A DNA stretch of 64,000 nt from NCBI GenBank assembly GCA_963693365.1, contig CAVNZM010000002.1, forward strand, positions 744,001 to 808,000, in the 5' to 3' direction. The notes below the pieces were generated by a model, which saw nothing but the letters and a program-made list of their open reading frames with translations, did no database searches and was not told where the DNA came from. Within the stretch, counting starts at the first letter, position 1; each line of letters begins with the position of its first letter. A program made the translations under genes and the position numbers. Origin of the DNA: Amoebidium appalachense. Its lineage: Eukaryota > Protista > Ichthyosporea. Below are positions 39,114 to 64,000 of this stretch, piece after piece.

Positions 39114-39324
39114 TGATATTTTGCTCTGTAATCGTATTTTGATGATCATGATTGAGATTGGCAATCCGATAGGCCCATGTACCCCCTGAGCAACATCTAA
39201 TGATAGCAGCAGAAAGCTGTCCATTTTGCTCTATCAATTCTTCCGATTTTGGGGGAAACTTGCAATTGTTCATGTGGTTGAAGTTCGAATCAAAGCCTTG
39301 GACTTTTATCTTCCCCTCCCCCCC

Positions 39325-39360
<36 letters not shown>

Positions 39361-39462
39361 CTACCCCCTCTCCTGATATTTTGCTCTGTAATCGTATTTT
39401 GATGATCGTGATTGAGATTGGCAATCCGATAGGCCCATGTACCCTCTGAGCAACATCTAATG
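39114..39462. repeat. 89-bp near-identical direct repeat with a 260-bp period
   Basis: TGATATTTTGCTCTGTAATCG...GAGCAACATCTAATG at 39114-39202 and 39374-39462, with about 2 mismatches. Confidence 0.9.
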
Positions 39463-40570
39463 TGTGTGGAGAGCAAGCCGTGGAGAGAAAGCCGTGGAGT
39501 GAAAAACCGAAAAAAAAAGAAAAAAAAAAAAGGAAAAAAAAGATGAAGGGAGCGGGGGAGGGGGGAGAGACCTTCGATCCCTTGTTACAATTTGCATCCA
39601 TTCCCCCCCCCCTCCCCAAATGTCCCCCGTCACACACACAAACGTGCACACACACATGGCCCAAACACATATCAGGCTGCCAATATCACACGAGCGCAGG
39701 CCCCCCCCCCCCCCCTCCCCCCCCCCTCCCCCCTCCGAATATCCCCCGGCCCCCCAATATCACAACTAATTAACGTAACACCACACAGTCCCCACACACG
39801 AAAAGCAAGTTCGGATTCATTCGTTTCCATCTGCTTGGTGTATTTTACCACCAGAACAGGTGTACAGCAGTCAACCGCGGTCGGAATATATCCCTATCCC
39901 CCCCCCCCCTCCCCCCCGCCCCCCCTCCCCCCCCCCCGGGCCCCCGCCCGCCCAACACAGACACACAACCATCATCACCTACCCACCCACCCACCACCAC
40001 CACAAGAAACTTGGCGTAATCATAGCCAACGCACCCAAAGGCACCAACACAACCCATGAACCAACACAGCCGGTGAAAGAAAAATAAAGGGGCTCACGTT
40101 GTGAACTCGAAGCACAGAGATCAGGCTCAGGGGAAGGCCGGGGGAAGGGGGGGGAGGGGAGGAGGGAAGGGGAATGGGGAGGAATAGTCCGTATTGTGAG
40201 TTTTTTTGCAGGACTGTTACCCACCCAATTACCATGGCGTGGGGCAAAACGTGGATGAACACGGCAAAAGGGCAGAACGGGGATTAGCTATTTAATTAAG
40301 GGGCATGCCTGAGGCAAAGTGAACTGGATGATTTGTGTAGAGCCTGCTACAACTACAATACGTGGTTTGTGGTTCCTGTTGTAATGTTGCGGGCGGGGAG
40401 GGGGGGGGGAAGGGTGAAGAATACGAGATAATAAGCATTTTGCGAGAAAGTAGTTTGAAGACGATGGTGTGGGGCGGGAGGTTGCCCTTTAGGGCTTGAA
40501 GACTTCGTCGAAGCCGGACATACCCCCCGACCCCCCCCCCCCCCCCTCTCCAACACACACACACGGACAC

Positions 40571-40624
<54 letters not shown>

Positions 40625-41022
40625 GTGACACACACGCACACACACGCACACATCCTCCCCTCCCCCTCCCCCCCCCCCCCCCCCCCCCCCCTTTGCCTCT
40701 ATCCCTTTAACTCCATCCCCTTTCCGCACCGCAGACGTTTTCACTGGGGTAACAATTAATGCTATTTGTGTTTTGTTCGTATTTTGGCATTCATTTTAGA
40801 CTTGTTCTCCGGGAAAACTCCTTTGTAGTAACCGCTATTTTTGTCCCCGTCAACAAGGCTAGAGCTCTCGTCTCGTAGTTGTTAGAATTCCTTCAACTAG
40901 TTTTTCTGAGTTTTTCTAAAGAGGAGCTAGAGTGACGTTAGTGGCAGGTGAAAGAACCCGGGGTGGGGGGAGTCACCGGGGAGGGGGTGGGGTGGGGTGG
41001 GGAGGGGAGGGCACGGGGGAGA

Positions 41023-41057
<35 letters not shown>

Positions 41058-43217
41058 GGGGCCTCGGAGGGTTCTTGGGATCTGATGAACCAATAAACAA
41101 GAAAAAGAACCGTTTGGTTTATGTTACTGGGGGATCCGTATCATGTAAAGTGTGAAGTGTAAACCATCTGCCGATCTGCTACAGTAACTGTAACAACTGT
41201 ACGGACGGAAAACGCTATCATTCCACTTCCCTAGAAACCGAGACAAGCCTGGGTTTCATACATGGTGTGGTCTACACGGTCTATGTTCTAGGACACCGAT
41301 AAAGGAGTTATGTACCCTCTGTGGTGCATGCATGATTGGCAGCATTTTCTTGCACAAACACATCCTAGGCGAGTGGTGCCGCACACACCCCCCAAAAAAC
41401 AACAACCGTTCGGAGATATGCAGGCCTTGAATGCACCACCTCTGATAAACTATGAATTTCTAATTGGGTGTAAGCCCACTAAAACTACACAGAGCTGATT
41501 AAGAAAACCATCACTGAGAATCCTCCAGGTCAGAGTGTCAGTTGGGAGGGAATCTACGTAGCTACGAAAGGGAGCTAATATCTCCGGGAGCAAGGGAACT
41601 TAACTACTATTAATAGCCTACATACTCCAGCTTAAGACCACAAGCAATTACACCAACCCTAATAAGGGTACCAGAAGTCGCGCCCGTTATATATGTGGGC
41701 CTGTGAGTTTCCTTACTGCAAACGACTACAAAAACAAAGATACTCAGGGGATCCATGCAGCAAAACTACACGAAAACTCTTCAAGGCAAACACACACGTA
41801 CCAAACTCAGGATGAGCCTCCAAGGTCCACACGTATGGAAACGAAATGGCTGCCTGCAACAAACAGAGATGTTACACTCGTAGCCATTGGGTTAAGGCAA
41901 CTGTGCCAGAGCAAGCCTTAGCAAACTACACGGTCATTCTCGTGGGAGTTGAACATGGCTTGCTGTGAAGTGCGGAGGCCTTGTTCTGTCATTTAGAAAA
42001 ACCCGTTGCTGATCATGAAGGAAGGCTTTGTTGGCAACTTGCCACGGGAGGCTCGAGCTCATGATGTTTTGGCCAAGTACGTTCTTATGCAGGGATTTTT
42101 TGTCTGAAGTACTATGAAACGCCAATCAACTGTGGAATTTGCTGTCATGTGGTCACATTGTGGTGACGTATACACCAATGAAAAACTGTTGCGATTTGGG
42201 CTGGAATGCGTGGCTCACTTTGTTTCGCCATGCGCGCCAATCAAACGCGTGTGGGGCTGTCGCCCAAAAAAGCTGCCTTCTTTATAAACTTACTAAACGT
42301 TGGACATACTGTGCCACAAAGAGCGATGAAAACAAAGACTCTGAAAGAGTCTGAAAGAGATTAACTCTGTATGTATTCCTAATGCTTTGCGGCACAGTAT
42401 TTCATGATATTTGGACATCATAGCCAATTGCGTGTGGGGGATTATCAGTAATTTATCAATTTATTGGCTGCTCATTTTGATCCACTAACAAGATCCGTGA
42501 CGAAGGATGATGTGATGATGTCACTATAATATTGCTGATGTGTGTGTATATACGTCAAACAACCATTTGCAATATGCCCCATGTAACAGTCAATAAAATG
42601 ATTTATTCCAAACTACTATGATGAGTGATTTGATTGGCTGTATGTTAACAATGGCCAGAGAAACCATGCTAATAACACCATCTTTTGAATTTACAATTAT
42701 CTGAGACTGACCGGTGCTCTTCGAGACACACATGTACCTGATGTGCGCCCAATAGCGTCGCGACATATGATTATGGTGGTCTAAAATGGTGATCTATGAG
42801 TCGAGTTGTCAAATTGTATTGCTCTAAGGGGAGTGCAGAGTCGCCGGATTCTATGTGACAAACGTTTTCGCCCATGCCCCAACAGTCGACAAGTATCAAC
42901 GTGATTCAGCGTTAATGAATAGTAAGGGGCAGGGGGCTTTCATAAAGCAAATCGCTATATTTTGGTATTTTAGGTACTTCCAGTTGCTATGTAAATCTTC
43001 TGTTGAGTTCTGTATCACCTTCACAAGCTGGCGCAAGATAGTCTGCAGTCTCTGCACAGTGTCCTCAGTTCACGGTATGCAAGCGAGCCAATTCCTCCGC
43101 GCCCATGTGACCCTTAACCAATCAGCAGCTGGCATGCAACTATCACCTACTATATAACCATTGCACATGTTTTTCTGTCCTCAGTTGCCTTTGTTTTCTA
43201 TCGAAGGCCAAAAAAAC

Positions 43218-45971
43218 ATGAAGTCCCTGTTCACTGTTGCGGGCGTGGCTGCCCTTTCCGCCCTCGTTGCGGCCGATGTGCCCATCGACTGTGCGCGCAC
43301 GGAAGTCGAAGGCGACTGGATCTTCTTCCGCTCGCCCAACAATTTCGACAGCCGTGTGAACTGCACCGGCTACTTCGAGAAGAATGGCTATGCAGAGTCT
43401 GTTGCTTTGCGGCTAGCCCACCCCGATGTTGTTGTCGGACCGGACAATGTTCTGGGCCGGTGGACGATGGTCTACAACGAGGCCTTTGAGGTGCGCTGGG
43501 GCGGATACATCTACATGGGGTTCTTTAAGTACCGCCAGATCCCCGGCAGCAACAACACGTACAGCTACTGTGGCCAGACACAGGAGGGCACCTTCCACAC
43601 CCACATGGGTGACTACTGGGGTTGCTTCCAGGCCCGTTTCTCAGACCCTGCCGAGGCTGAGAAGGAGAAGATCTCTGAGCCCGACCCAGTTCCGGGCCCT
43701 GTTAACGATGACTACGACGATAAGAACGGCTTGACGGACTACATGAAGTATAAGATGAGCCAGAGGCTTGCACGTGTCCCCGCGAAGGAGCCCAAGACAC
43801 AGGGGGAAACGGTGGCTCTCATCAACAAGGTGCAGAACTCGTGGGTGGCTGCAGAGTATCCCGAGGACCTGATGGAGACCATTGGTGCCTCTCTTTCCAT
43901 GAGCAAGCCCTTCAACCAGGGGTTCAAGATTGCAAAGGGTAACATGGACTTCACGCACAAGCGTCACCGCAGGTGTGTAAACGCACACTATCTCCCCCCC
44001 CCCCCCCCCCCCCCCCCCCCCCGAAGTTTCGCTGCTCTCGGCCCCACTCTCACGCCTCTCACTCTCCCGCCAAAACACACGCATTCTTATAACCCCCCCC
44101 CTCCCCTCCCCCTTTACCCCTGCCCCCCACTCCCGCCCACCCCTCGCACACGTTTTTCAAAAAGCAACTGTGGCCCTCGATCTCTACAGTACTTGCACTT
44201 GCGTCCGGCTTTTCACCGCTTCACACCTCCCTAGGAATGGGTCTGCTCATTTGCATACTGCACACACACTTCGTGTGTGTATCGTGAAGTTGCATCGTCC
44301 AGTGTGTTGTCGTGCTGTTTGGAATCTCTTCGGCTCACTCTCCTCTCCTCCCCCCTCTTTCCCCCCCCTGCATTGCTCACTACCCCCCCTCCCCCCCCCC
44401 TCCTTCCCCTCCGCTGCGCCCAAAAGTCCTGGTTTTAGAATACTCTTTTCCAGTACATCTTCTCCCCGATTCCCACCTCACAGGAGTCTTGACAGGGGCT
44501 TTGGTGAATGTTCCCTCTGGTCCCCTCCCCCCCCCCCTTCCCTCAACCAGGCCCCTGTTTCGTGCTGCCCCCCCCCCCCCCCCCCCCCCGCCCCGCCCCC
44601 CTGCTTCGTGCTCTCCCCCCCCCCCCCCCCTCTCCCCCCCCCCCCCGGCACACTACCTTTTACTTACCCTCGCCTACTTTACAGGGAGCTCGACAACATC
44701 CCCTCCGAGGCTGCCGATGCCTACCTCCCGGAGAGCTTTGATTGGCGCAATATCAGTGGGGTCAACTACGACTCGCCCGTGCGTGACCAGCAGAAGTGCG
44801 GCTCGTGCTATGCCTTTGCCTCGGCCTCTCTGCTCGAGTCCCGCTGGCGCATTTACACAAACAACCGCCAGCAGCCCATCCTCTCCACCCAGGACGTGGT
44901 CAGCTGCTCGCCTGTGAGCCAGGGCTGTGCCGGCGGGTTCTCCTACCTCACTGCCGGCAAGTACGCCCACGACTACGGTATGGTGGATGAGTCGTGCTAC
45001 CCGTACGAGGGCAAGGACTCGCCCTGCGACATGAACCGCCACCTGAACTGCCCCAAGCACCACGTCAGCAACTATTACTACATCGGTGGCTTCTTTGGTG
45101 CCGGCAATGAGAAGGCTATGATGCGTGAGCTTGTCACCAACGGGCCTATTGCCGTGGGGATCGAGGTGTTCTCTGACTTCCGCAGCTACAAGAGCGGCGT
45201 GTACCACTACACGGGGGTGCAGGGTGAATACGGCCGCCTGGTGACCAAGGATGGCCGTGTGACGGTCAACCACGCCGTGGTGGTGGTCGGTTATGGGGTG
45301 GAGAATGGCGAGAAGTACTGGATTGTCAAGGTGTGTGTGATATGTCCCTTCAATCCCTTTCTCCCCCACCCCCGGAAGTTCCCCACCCCCCACCCATCCC
45401 CCGTCCCCCTCACCCACACACACACACACGTGCACCCCCTCTTTCTCCTAGTATTGCCGTCATCACTGATACAGAACCCTTCAGTTCCCGGCCGGTGTTT
45501 CCTCCACGCACACACAACACACACACACACTCACATTGTGGATTATGCCTGATGCGCAAGCCTGCTCTGTGCACACCAGCAATCACACACTTCGCGCTGT
45601 GCACATGCGCATTCAACACGAAGCAACCCTCGCCATTCACACACACACACACACACACAATGTACACACATGCACCAACCCCCCCCCCCCCCCCCGGGCT
45701 GACCCGCCCAAGTTCAGTTGATGCTGCTGTCTGAGTTGGAGCGTCGTATATACGCGGGCTAAGGGGCCGAAACTCAGACGCAATTGATGACTTGGGTCCT
45801 CCCTGGGGATGGGCTCTGCTTATGACGCATACTGTGCACATGGCTGATGTTGCATACTTGAATGTTTTCCTTTGCATGTGTCCTGCACCATGCTTCTCGT
45901 CGTGTATGCGTACTTCGTACCGTGTTCCGCATTCAAACCCCCCTCCCCCCCACCACCACCACCACACACAT

Positions 45972-46014
<43 letters not shown>

Positions 46015-46325
46015 GTACAAACACATACACCATCCCCCCCCCCCCCCCCCCCCCCCCCTTGCTTCTTCCATCCCCTCCTCTCCTCCTCCTCCCTCCTCCG
46101 TTCCCCTTCCCCCCCCCCCTCCCCCCCCTCCCCCCCCCCCCCCCCCCCCCGGGGATCCCCACCCTTCTTTCATACGGCACACCAATACGTCATTCATAAC
46201 TCTTTTGTTCTTCACAGAACTCCTGGTCGGACAAGTGGGGTGACAAGGGCTACATCAAGATCCGCCGTGGAAACGACGAGATTGGCATCGAGAGCATGCC
46301 CGTGGCCACATTCCCGAAGGTCTAA
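43218..46325 (+). CDS. CTSC: Cathepsin C / dipeptidyl peptidase I (papain family C1A with exclusion domain), ~502 aa
   Basis: Exons 43218-43972, 44685-45330 and 46218-46325. Signal peptide followed by DVPIDC (equivalent to DTPANC), GRWTMVYNEAFEV, LPESFDWRN.SGVNY.SPVRDQQKCGSCYAF, SQGCAGGFSYLTAGKYAHDYG, NHAV and KNSW...WGDKGY.KIRRG.DE.GIES. Confidence 0.96.
45696..45937 (+). mobile_element. 5'-truncated copy of the same repeat family (cathepsin C intron 2), between C-tracts
   Basis: Near-identical to 31380-31606 apart from a few substitutions and a ~15-bp insertion. Ends GCATTCAAA-CCCCC. Confidence 0.85.
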
Positions 46326-47237
46326 GCACGTGATTTCCTTATTAGGAAGGGGCCACGTGGTTGGCAGCCAATCATGTGGATGTGCTAGACGGATAGGTCT
46401 GGGCACGTGATTTGGACCCAATCAGTTTGGTGCTACCAATAGTTTTAAATATGTAGGATTATGGCGTGAGCTCATGTATGTATTTTTCTTGTGAATATCA
46501 CCTCGAATCTGCGAATCTAGTCGAAAGTAGTCGTGTGAAAGCCGCTGTAAAGTACCGCGGTTTATATCTTTTTCTTTTTTTTTTTTTAACCCCATCTGGG
46601 CTGGAATGTGCATGGTGCCGTGCCTGGAGCTGCACTGGCTGGCAAATGAAAAAAAAGGGAGTCGGGGAGATTAACCCCAGCCCCTAATACGTTTCAAACT
46701 GCAAGTGCATGTGTCATCTCTGCCCTCCTCCTCCCCCCCCCCCCCCCCCCCCCCTCCCCCCCCTCCCCCCCACCCCACCCCAACGCACCCCCCAACCCAT
46801 ACACACACAAACACGTATCAGAGTTGGGCTTCGCATGCGAGGTGTCATGTGTCTGGGTTGTTACTTTGGTATTGCAATTGTGGATGTGGCTTGGGCCAGC
46901 TTGAGCCCCTCTCAAAGATAATGTGCTATACAGACACACGCATGCACACACCCACTTGAGAAAAAGGAGGGGGAAGCCGTCCGTGTAGCAAGGAGTCTAT
47001 TATCTGTGAGCTCTCACACGCATGTGGCATGTGATACCCGGACATCAGCTACGACTCACGAACACACCCACACCCACCCACCCACCCAACAAAAGACACA
47101 CAAACGCACACGAACACACACATCACACGCACACACAGGGATTATGCACAATAACTATATATGCAATGCATATGGTAACACCAAATACATGCATATGGGC
47201 GGAGGAAGACGGGTGGGCGGTTTGGGGGGGGGGGGGT

Positions 47238-47272
<35 letters not shown>

Positions 47273-47910
47273 AGAATTTGCGGTGCGTACAGAGTAACTT
47301 AAGAGCAAGATCTACACATGCAGAATAAAACCAAAAAAAAAGGAAAAAAAAAAAAGTAGGAATAAGCTTTATAACAAACAAAAAGTATATTGCAGAGCAC
47401 ACAAAGAGTATACGCATCCTGACCCGAATCCATCCACAGGTGGGGGCCAAATCATCATGAATAGCTTTCCGGGGAAGAGGCTAAGGGTAGATACGGAGAC
47501 TGGGTAGACAGACGTGTATTCACGGTAGTAACAACACGTATGAGTGCCATGTACGGACCAAATATATACAGTATGTAACCGTACCCACACAAGTAGGCCT
47601 ATGTACATGGTACTGTGCAAATTTGAACATCACATGGATATGCATGCCCAAGTATATAGTCAGATATCCATCACCCCCACTATTACACAGATAGGGTAAA
47701 CATATGGCAAGGGTTCCAGGGTGTATATACAGCATGGCATGTTATGCATTCACCACCATTACAGCCAACTTTTTTCAAAAACCTCCAACGTATACGCTAG
47801 CAAGCATGATCGATACACTCATTCACCCCATATACAGCTAATGATAAATACATTCTCACCCACATGCAGTTACCTAGGGTCGGCCGGATAGGTGGTGGTC
47901 ATACCGGAAT

Positions 47911-47955
<45 letters not shown>

Positions 47956-48103
47956 TGTGTGTGTGCGCGCGCGTGCGTGCGTGCGCGCGCACGTGTGTGT
48001 GTGTTTTGTGCGTAAACGGACTAAACACACGACCATTGCATTGCTGACACAACAACATCAACTCATTTCCTCTATTCATTATTTCTACAATCATCAATGC
48101 ATA

Positions 48104-59462
<11,359 letters not shown>

Positions 59463-60042
59463 GCTTGCTGCCACCGTGTCGGTGTTGCTGACAAGACCAA
59501 GAATTAATGATGTTAAACTCTACAAGTACCTAACCCTACGTGTGTTTTTTTCTAGTTGTAGTGGATGTGCCAAATACACGATCTGATAAGCTATATATGG
59601 TTATATTTGGAGTAAAACGTTTGGCCGTTGGGACCACAACAACCGCAACCAATCAATGATAAGATAATGACGTCACATGATGCTTGCTCAGCCAATCAAC
59701 ATAGACCACAATTCTGCTTTGATTTTTTGTGCCGTGTTCAAAAACTGCAAAACTGACCTAAAACAGAGTAGCACACTCAACACCCCTATAGCATTGCCTA
59801 TATCCATGTTGTGTTGTATTAAAAAGTGGGATCTTTGGCTTTATTTGTCAGCAGCTAAGCATAGTTTACGGTGGCGTACCGGTTGCCTCGACAGTAAGTA
59901 GGCGGGCGATTATGACAAGTTGGACCTTCGGCCTGAAGCTGGGCTTCACGTCACCTTCTCCTCTCACCTTTGCTCTGTATGATGCTACTCACACAAGACC
60001 ACTGCCTTTCAAGTAGATTAATAACTCTTAGGTTACGTCAAC
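59463..60042. promoter_or_regulatory. Candidate bidirectional promoter
   Basis: 580 bp of microsatellite-free DNA between divergent ATGs (59462 on -, 60043 on +). CCAATC at ~59649 and ~59692, and TGACGTCA (CRE-like) at ~59668. Confidence 0.55.
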
Positions 60043-61030
60043 ATGCAGCGGCTTTCAGCTTTATGGACCCTTGCGGTTACCACTTTTCTATTTCTGGCTG
60101 CTGATGTGCATGGCGATGAGGTGAGCTCTCCCTTTCAGGCCCCCTTCAAAATTTCTTCCGACGCATCTGCAAACATTGAGCACTTGTTTTTGGTTACCAT
60201 TCAAACCGTGGAATGTCTTGTGACCGTGTCTCCAGCTGGCACTTCTATTTTCTATCTCACACCACCGCACCCTTCTCACGTCTACGTCGTGTCCGCTCTT
60301 CAGACCACTCGTGTTATTGCTGTCGATGACCAAATTCCCTCTCTTGGTTTAATCCATTCTCCGCCAAAACGTCTGTCCTTTCCCTCTTGTGCTCACCCCA
60401 CCTTACCTGCCTACAGGTCAGGCTCGTACCGGGCGTCGAGCTGCTGCACCAGACGCTCTACCCAAACGAAAGTGTTTTTTACTTTCTAGACGATCTGGTG
60501 AGTTTGCCCTGGGGAATACAGGCTGCTGCTGGTGGTTATGGGAAAGAATCCGTAACACAGCACCTTGTAAAAAGGACCACAACCAGGGAAATAAGAAGGG
60601 GAGGAGGGGGGTGGTGGGAGAGGAAGGAGGAGGGGAAGGAGGAGAGAGATGGGGGGGAGGGGTTAAGGGAGGGAGGAGGGAAAGGAAGTAAGCAGGAGCT
60701 GACGAGGCGGAATTGTTGACTGGGTCGGGAGAAGGGGAGTGGTTGTTGGAGGGGAAGGGGGCAGAGGGTGCAGAGAAAGATCGGAAGATGGTTTGTAGCA
60801 GAAACGGACAGGGGAGTAACGGTACTGAAATACTGCACCTTCTCTCTCTGGAAAAACGAGACGATAAGGATCTACTGCAGATCCACTTATATGGGAAAGA
60901 CGTGTTAGTTTCTCGTGGATTGAAAAACCAACCACCTCACCAACCCATCCAACCTCACTTCCACCACTCCCCCCACATACACACACGGATATGCAAAAAC
61001 ACACAAACACATACACATACACGCACACAT

Positions 61031-61091
<61 letters not shown>

Positions 61092-61308
61092 CTATTGTTT
61101 ACATGAATATCCACAAGCACACACATACATAGTGACACACAGACATACACACCCGCATGTGTGCGCATGCATACACACACACACACACATAATTACACAC
61201 ACCCACGCACACACATACACACACCCACACACACCCACACACACACACACACACACCACACACACACGAGCGCGCGCACGCATATGCATGCACAAACATG
61301 AACGAATC

Positions 61309-61393
<85 letters not shown>

Positions 61394-62091
61394 CCAACCA
61401 CCGTCCCACTTCCTTGGTGCCATCTCAGCATGTTCTGGACTTTTGAATTCTCCTAACCCTCTGCCAAATTGTCCGTGTGGTATCAGCCACGTTGCAGGAG
61501 GAAGGAGGGGCACGATGCACGGGTGGAGGGGGGAGGGGGGGGGAGGCACAGAGAACAAGACGAAGGATAAGCACTTGCACGCAATGCCCAGCCTTTCTTC
61601 TATTCTTTAGGATGCATTCCTCCTCACGTAATGTACACGTACGAGCCTACAAACTTTCATAGTGTCATTGGCTGATGGTGCCTGTATGCAGGACCCATCT
61701 ACCTCCTATGAGCTGCGCATATCCTACCCGGCTACGGTGTGTCCCTCTCCCCCCTCCTCCCCTCCCCCCCCTCCTGCCTACCTCCCCCACGCCCACTTCT
61801 TCTCACGTAACCGTTGCCTCTTTTTCTGCCTAGAGGGGGAAGGCGGCAGACCGGAATGGAGTTGGGGTGGGTAGCTAAGGCCCGAGGGGGAGGGGGGGGA
61901 GGGGAGAGGGGCGGGGGTAGGGGGGGAGGGGGGAGAGAGACGGGGGGCAGGGGGGGGGGGGGGGGAGGGAAGACATCGAAAGAAGGATTTACAAGTACTC
62001 GTCTCATAGTTGCACAGTTACCGTATGATATGCTTTGCAGGCACGTGGGCGCCGACAAACACACTCACACGCATGTATGCGCGCGGGTACA

Positions 62092-62175
<84 letters not shown>

Positions 62176-62501
62176 ACAGCCTGTTTCCCCAAACTACCAC
62201 CACCGCTACGCGCCTTGCTTGCCAGCAGATTTCTTCAATTGTGGTCGGCTTATTGTATCATTGCATCTCGTATCGCAATAACCACCCCCCCCCCCCCCCC
62301 CTCCCCCCCTTTCCTGCAACCCCTTTCCCCAAAACCCCCTTCCCCCCCCCCCCCCCCCCCCCCCCCCCGACCCCCTGCGCAAATACCCTTCGGGTGACTG
62401 TCACAACCTGCATATAGTCTCCTCTTATGGATTACTTACTGAGAGATGTGCAACACGCATTCACACACGCACGCATGCGCATGCACACGCACGTCTGCGC
62501 A

Positions 62502-62551
<50 letters not shown>

Positions 62552-62982
62552 TGCCTACCGACTTTGAGATGGTCATCATAGATCGGCCAAAGGAAGTGCC
62601 CTCGAACCCAACGAGACGGAGACTTCTCAACACTGAAAGAATACGAATAGACCCCCCAGACACCCAAATTTCCGTAAGTTTATTTCTAATGTACCGTATT
62701 TCTTTTCCTCTTTCACTGCACATAGGCCCTGCTGACGCCCAATTATCAGCAGGTGTATTGCTCTTTCACTGCACACATGCACACAGAGAAACGCATTTAC
62801 ACCTTCCCTCTCCCCCCCTTCTTCCCTCGGGGACACACGCACACAAGGCTTTTGAACACAATCATACACCATTGAGGGTGTACTTCATACCAAGATGTAC
62901 ATACACCTTCAAACACCCCCCCCCCCCCCCCCCCCCCCCGGCGCCCTCACACCACCACCACCACCACACACACACACACTTA

Positions 62983-63036
<54 letters not shown>

Positions 63037-63353
63037 CATGCACAAACAGACACACGCACACACAAGCACACACAAACACACGCACATACACACAAACAGG
63101 CACACCACCACCTTAACACACTCGTGCGCTGTTGTGATGTACTAGATACTGTGTACCACACCCTATCAAACCCCCCACACCCTATTACACATTTGCCCCC
63201 ACACCCTTCTAAACCCCCGACACCCTTTAATTATAAAACCTATTTAATAGGCCGGCAGTCAGAGGCACCAGTGCTGGGTTCGTGTCACTGCCCGCCACAC
63301 TGGTGTGTCTTTCCGTCCTGAGTTGCAGAACCCCCCAGTCGTCTACAACATTG
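60043..63353 (+). CDS. Pga1-like protein (GPI mannosyltransferase II accessory subunit-like), 3'-partial
   Basis: Exons 60043-60120, 60417-60497, 61692-61736, 62551-62673 and 63251-63353. Signal peptide, then YFLDDLDPSTSYELRISYPATMPTDFEM, RRLLNTERI and VRVTA..TGV......VVYNI. Recalled as similar to plant/fungal Pga1-domain proteins (YEVKISYPASIPASF...RRLLNTEK). The C-terminal TM exon was not found in the window. Confidence 0.65.
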
Positions 63354-64000
63354 GTGCGCTTAAACCCCCCCCCCCCCCCCCTCTCCCCTCCCCCCGCGCG
63401 CGTTTGCTCTTTGGGTATGGCCTGGTACCTGTGTGTACGTGTCTGCATTTACTCTGACTTTAGTGCTAAGCGTTGTTCTTTGATGCCTTTGTGCTTCATA
63501 CTGCCTGTAATAGTATATTAGAGGACGACCCCCCCCCCCCCCCCCCCCCCCCCCCTCACCCACCCCCCACTCCAACCCACCCACCCACCCACCCACCTGC
63601 GGCGGTACCACGCAAACAAAAACACCAAACAAGGACCATCTAACCGAGACACAAGATTAGCACGAATGCACCCACGTCCCAATGCCCGTATGAGCACACA
63701 CATTCGCCTCTCTCTCCCCCCCCCCCCCCCCTGATGAAGATGATTTCTTATTATAATTTACATGCATGCTCACACAACAAACTGAGCACACGTGTGTGCA
63801 AATATAAAACATGCAAGTACTTTCCAGCGTGCACCGATGTCGTGTTAGACACACACACATAAACACACATACACACGCACAAACGTGAGTGCAGGGCGAC
63901 TGAGGCGTGCACGCGCACACGTATACACGCACATAATCAAGCCAAACCCTTGCCACCGGTGGGTGGGAGGGGAATCGAAGCCGGGGGAAAGGGGGGAAAT

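Overview
Eukaryotic, intron-rich genomic DNA with GT-AG spliceosomal introns packed with poly-C/poly-G, (CA)n/(GT)n and (GA)n tracts. Most ORFs in the supplied track are low-complexity artefacts. Splicing by hand gives nine protein-coding loci: NAA20 exon 1 (-), a secreted choice-of-anchor-A-domain protein (+, 3 exons), ADPRM (-, 7 exons), an intronless CRAL-TRIO/Sec14 protein (+), a coiled-coil/disordered hypothetical protein (+), a divergent CLC Cl-/H+ transporter (+, 9 exons), cathepsin C (+, 3 exons), a 16-exon orphan (-) and a Pga1-like protein (+, partial). Gene content and intron style suggest a non-fungal microbial eukaryote, possibly a unicellular holozoan (inference only). The most striking unexplained signal is a ~437-bp non-coding, highly structured repeat family inside introns. 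It has a fixed 3' end (GCATTCAAA + C-tract), variable 5' truncation, a 1.3-mer partial tandem and target-site duplications at poly-C tracts. It also carries candidate versions of all three strands of a hammerhead-like core in a permuted order. Homopolymer lengths should be treated as unreliable.
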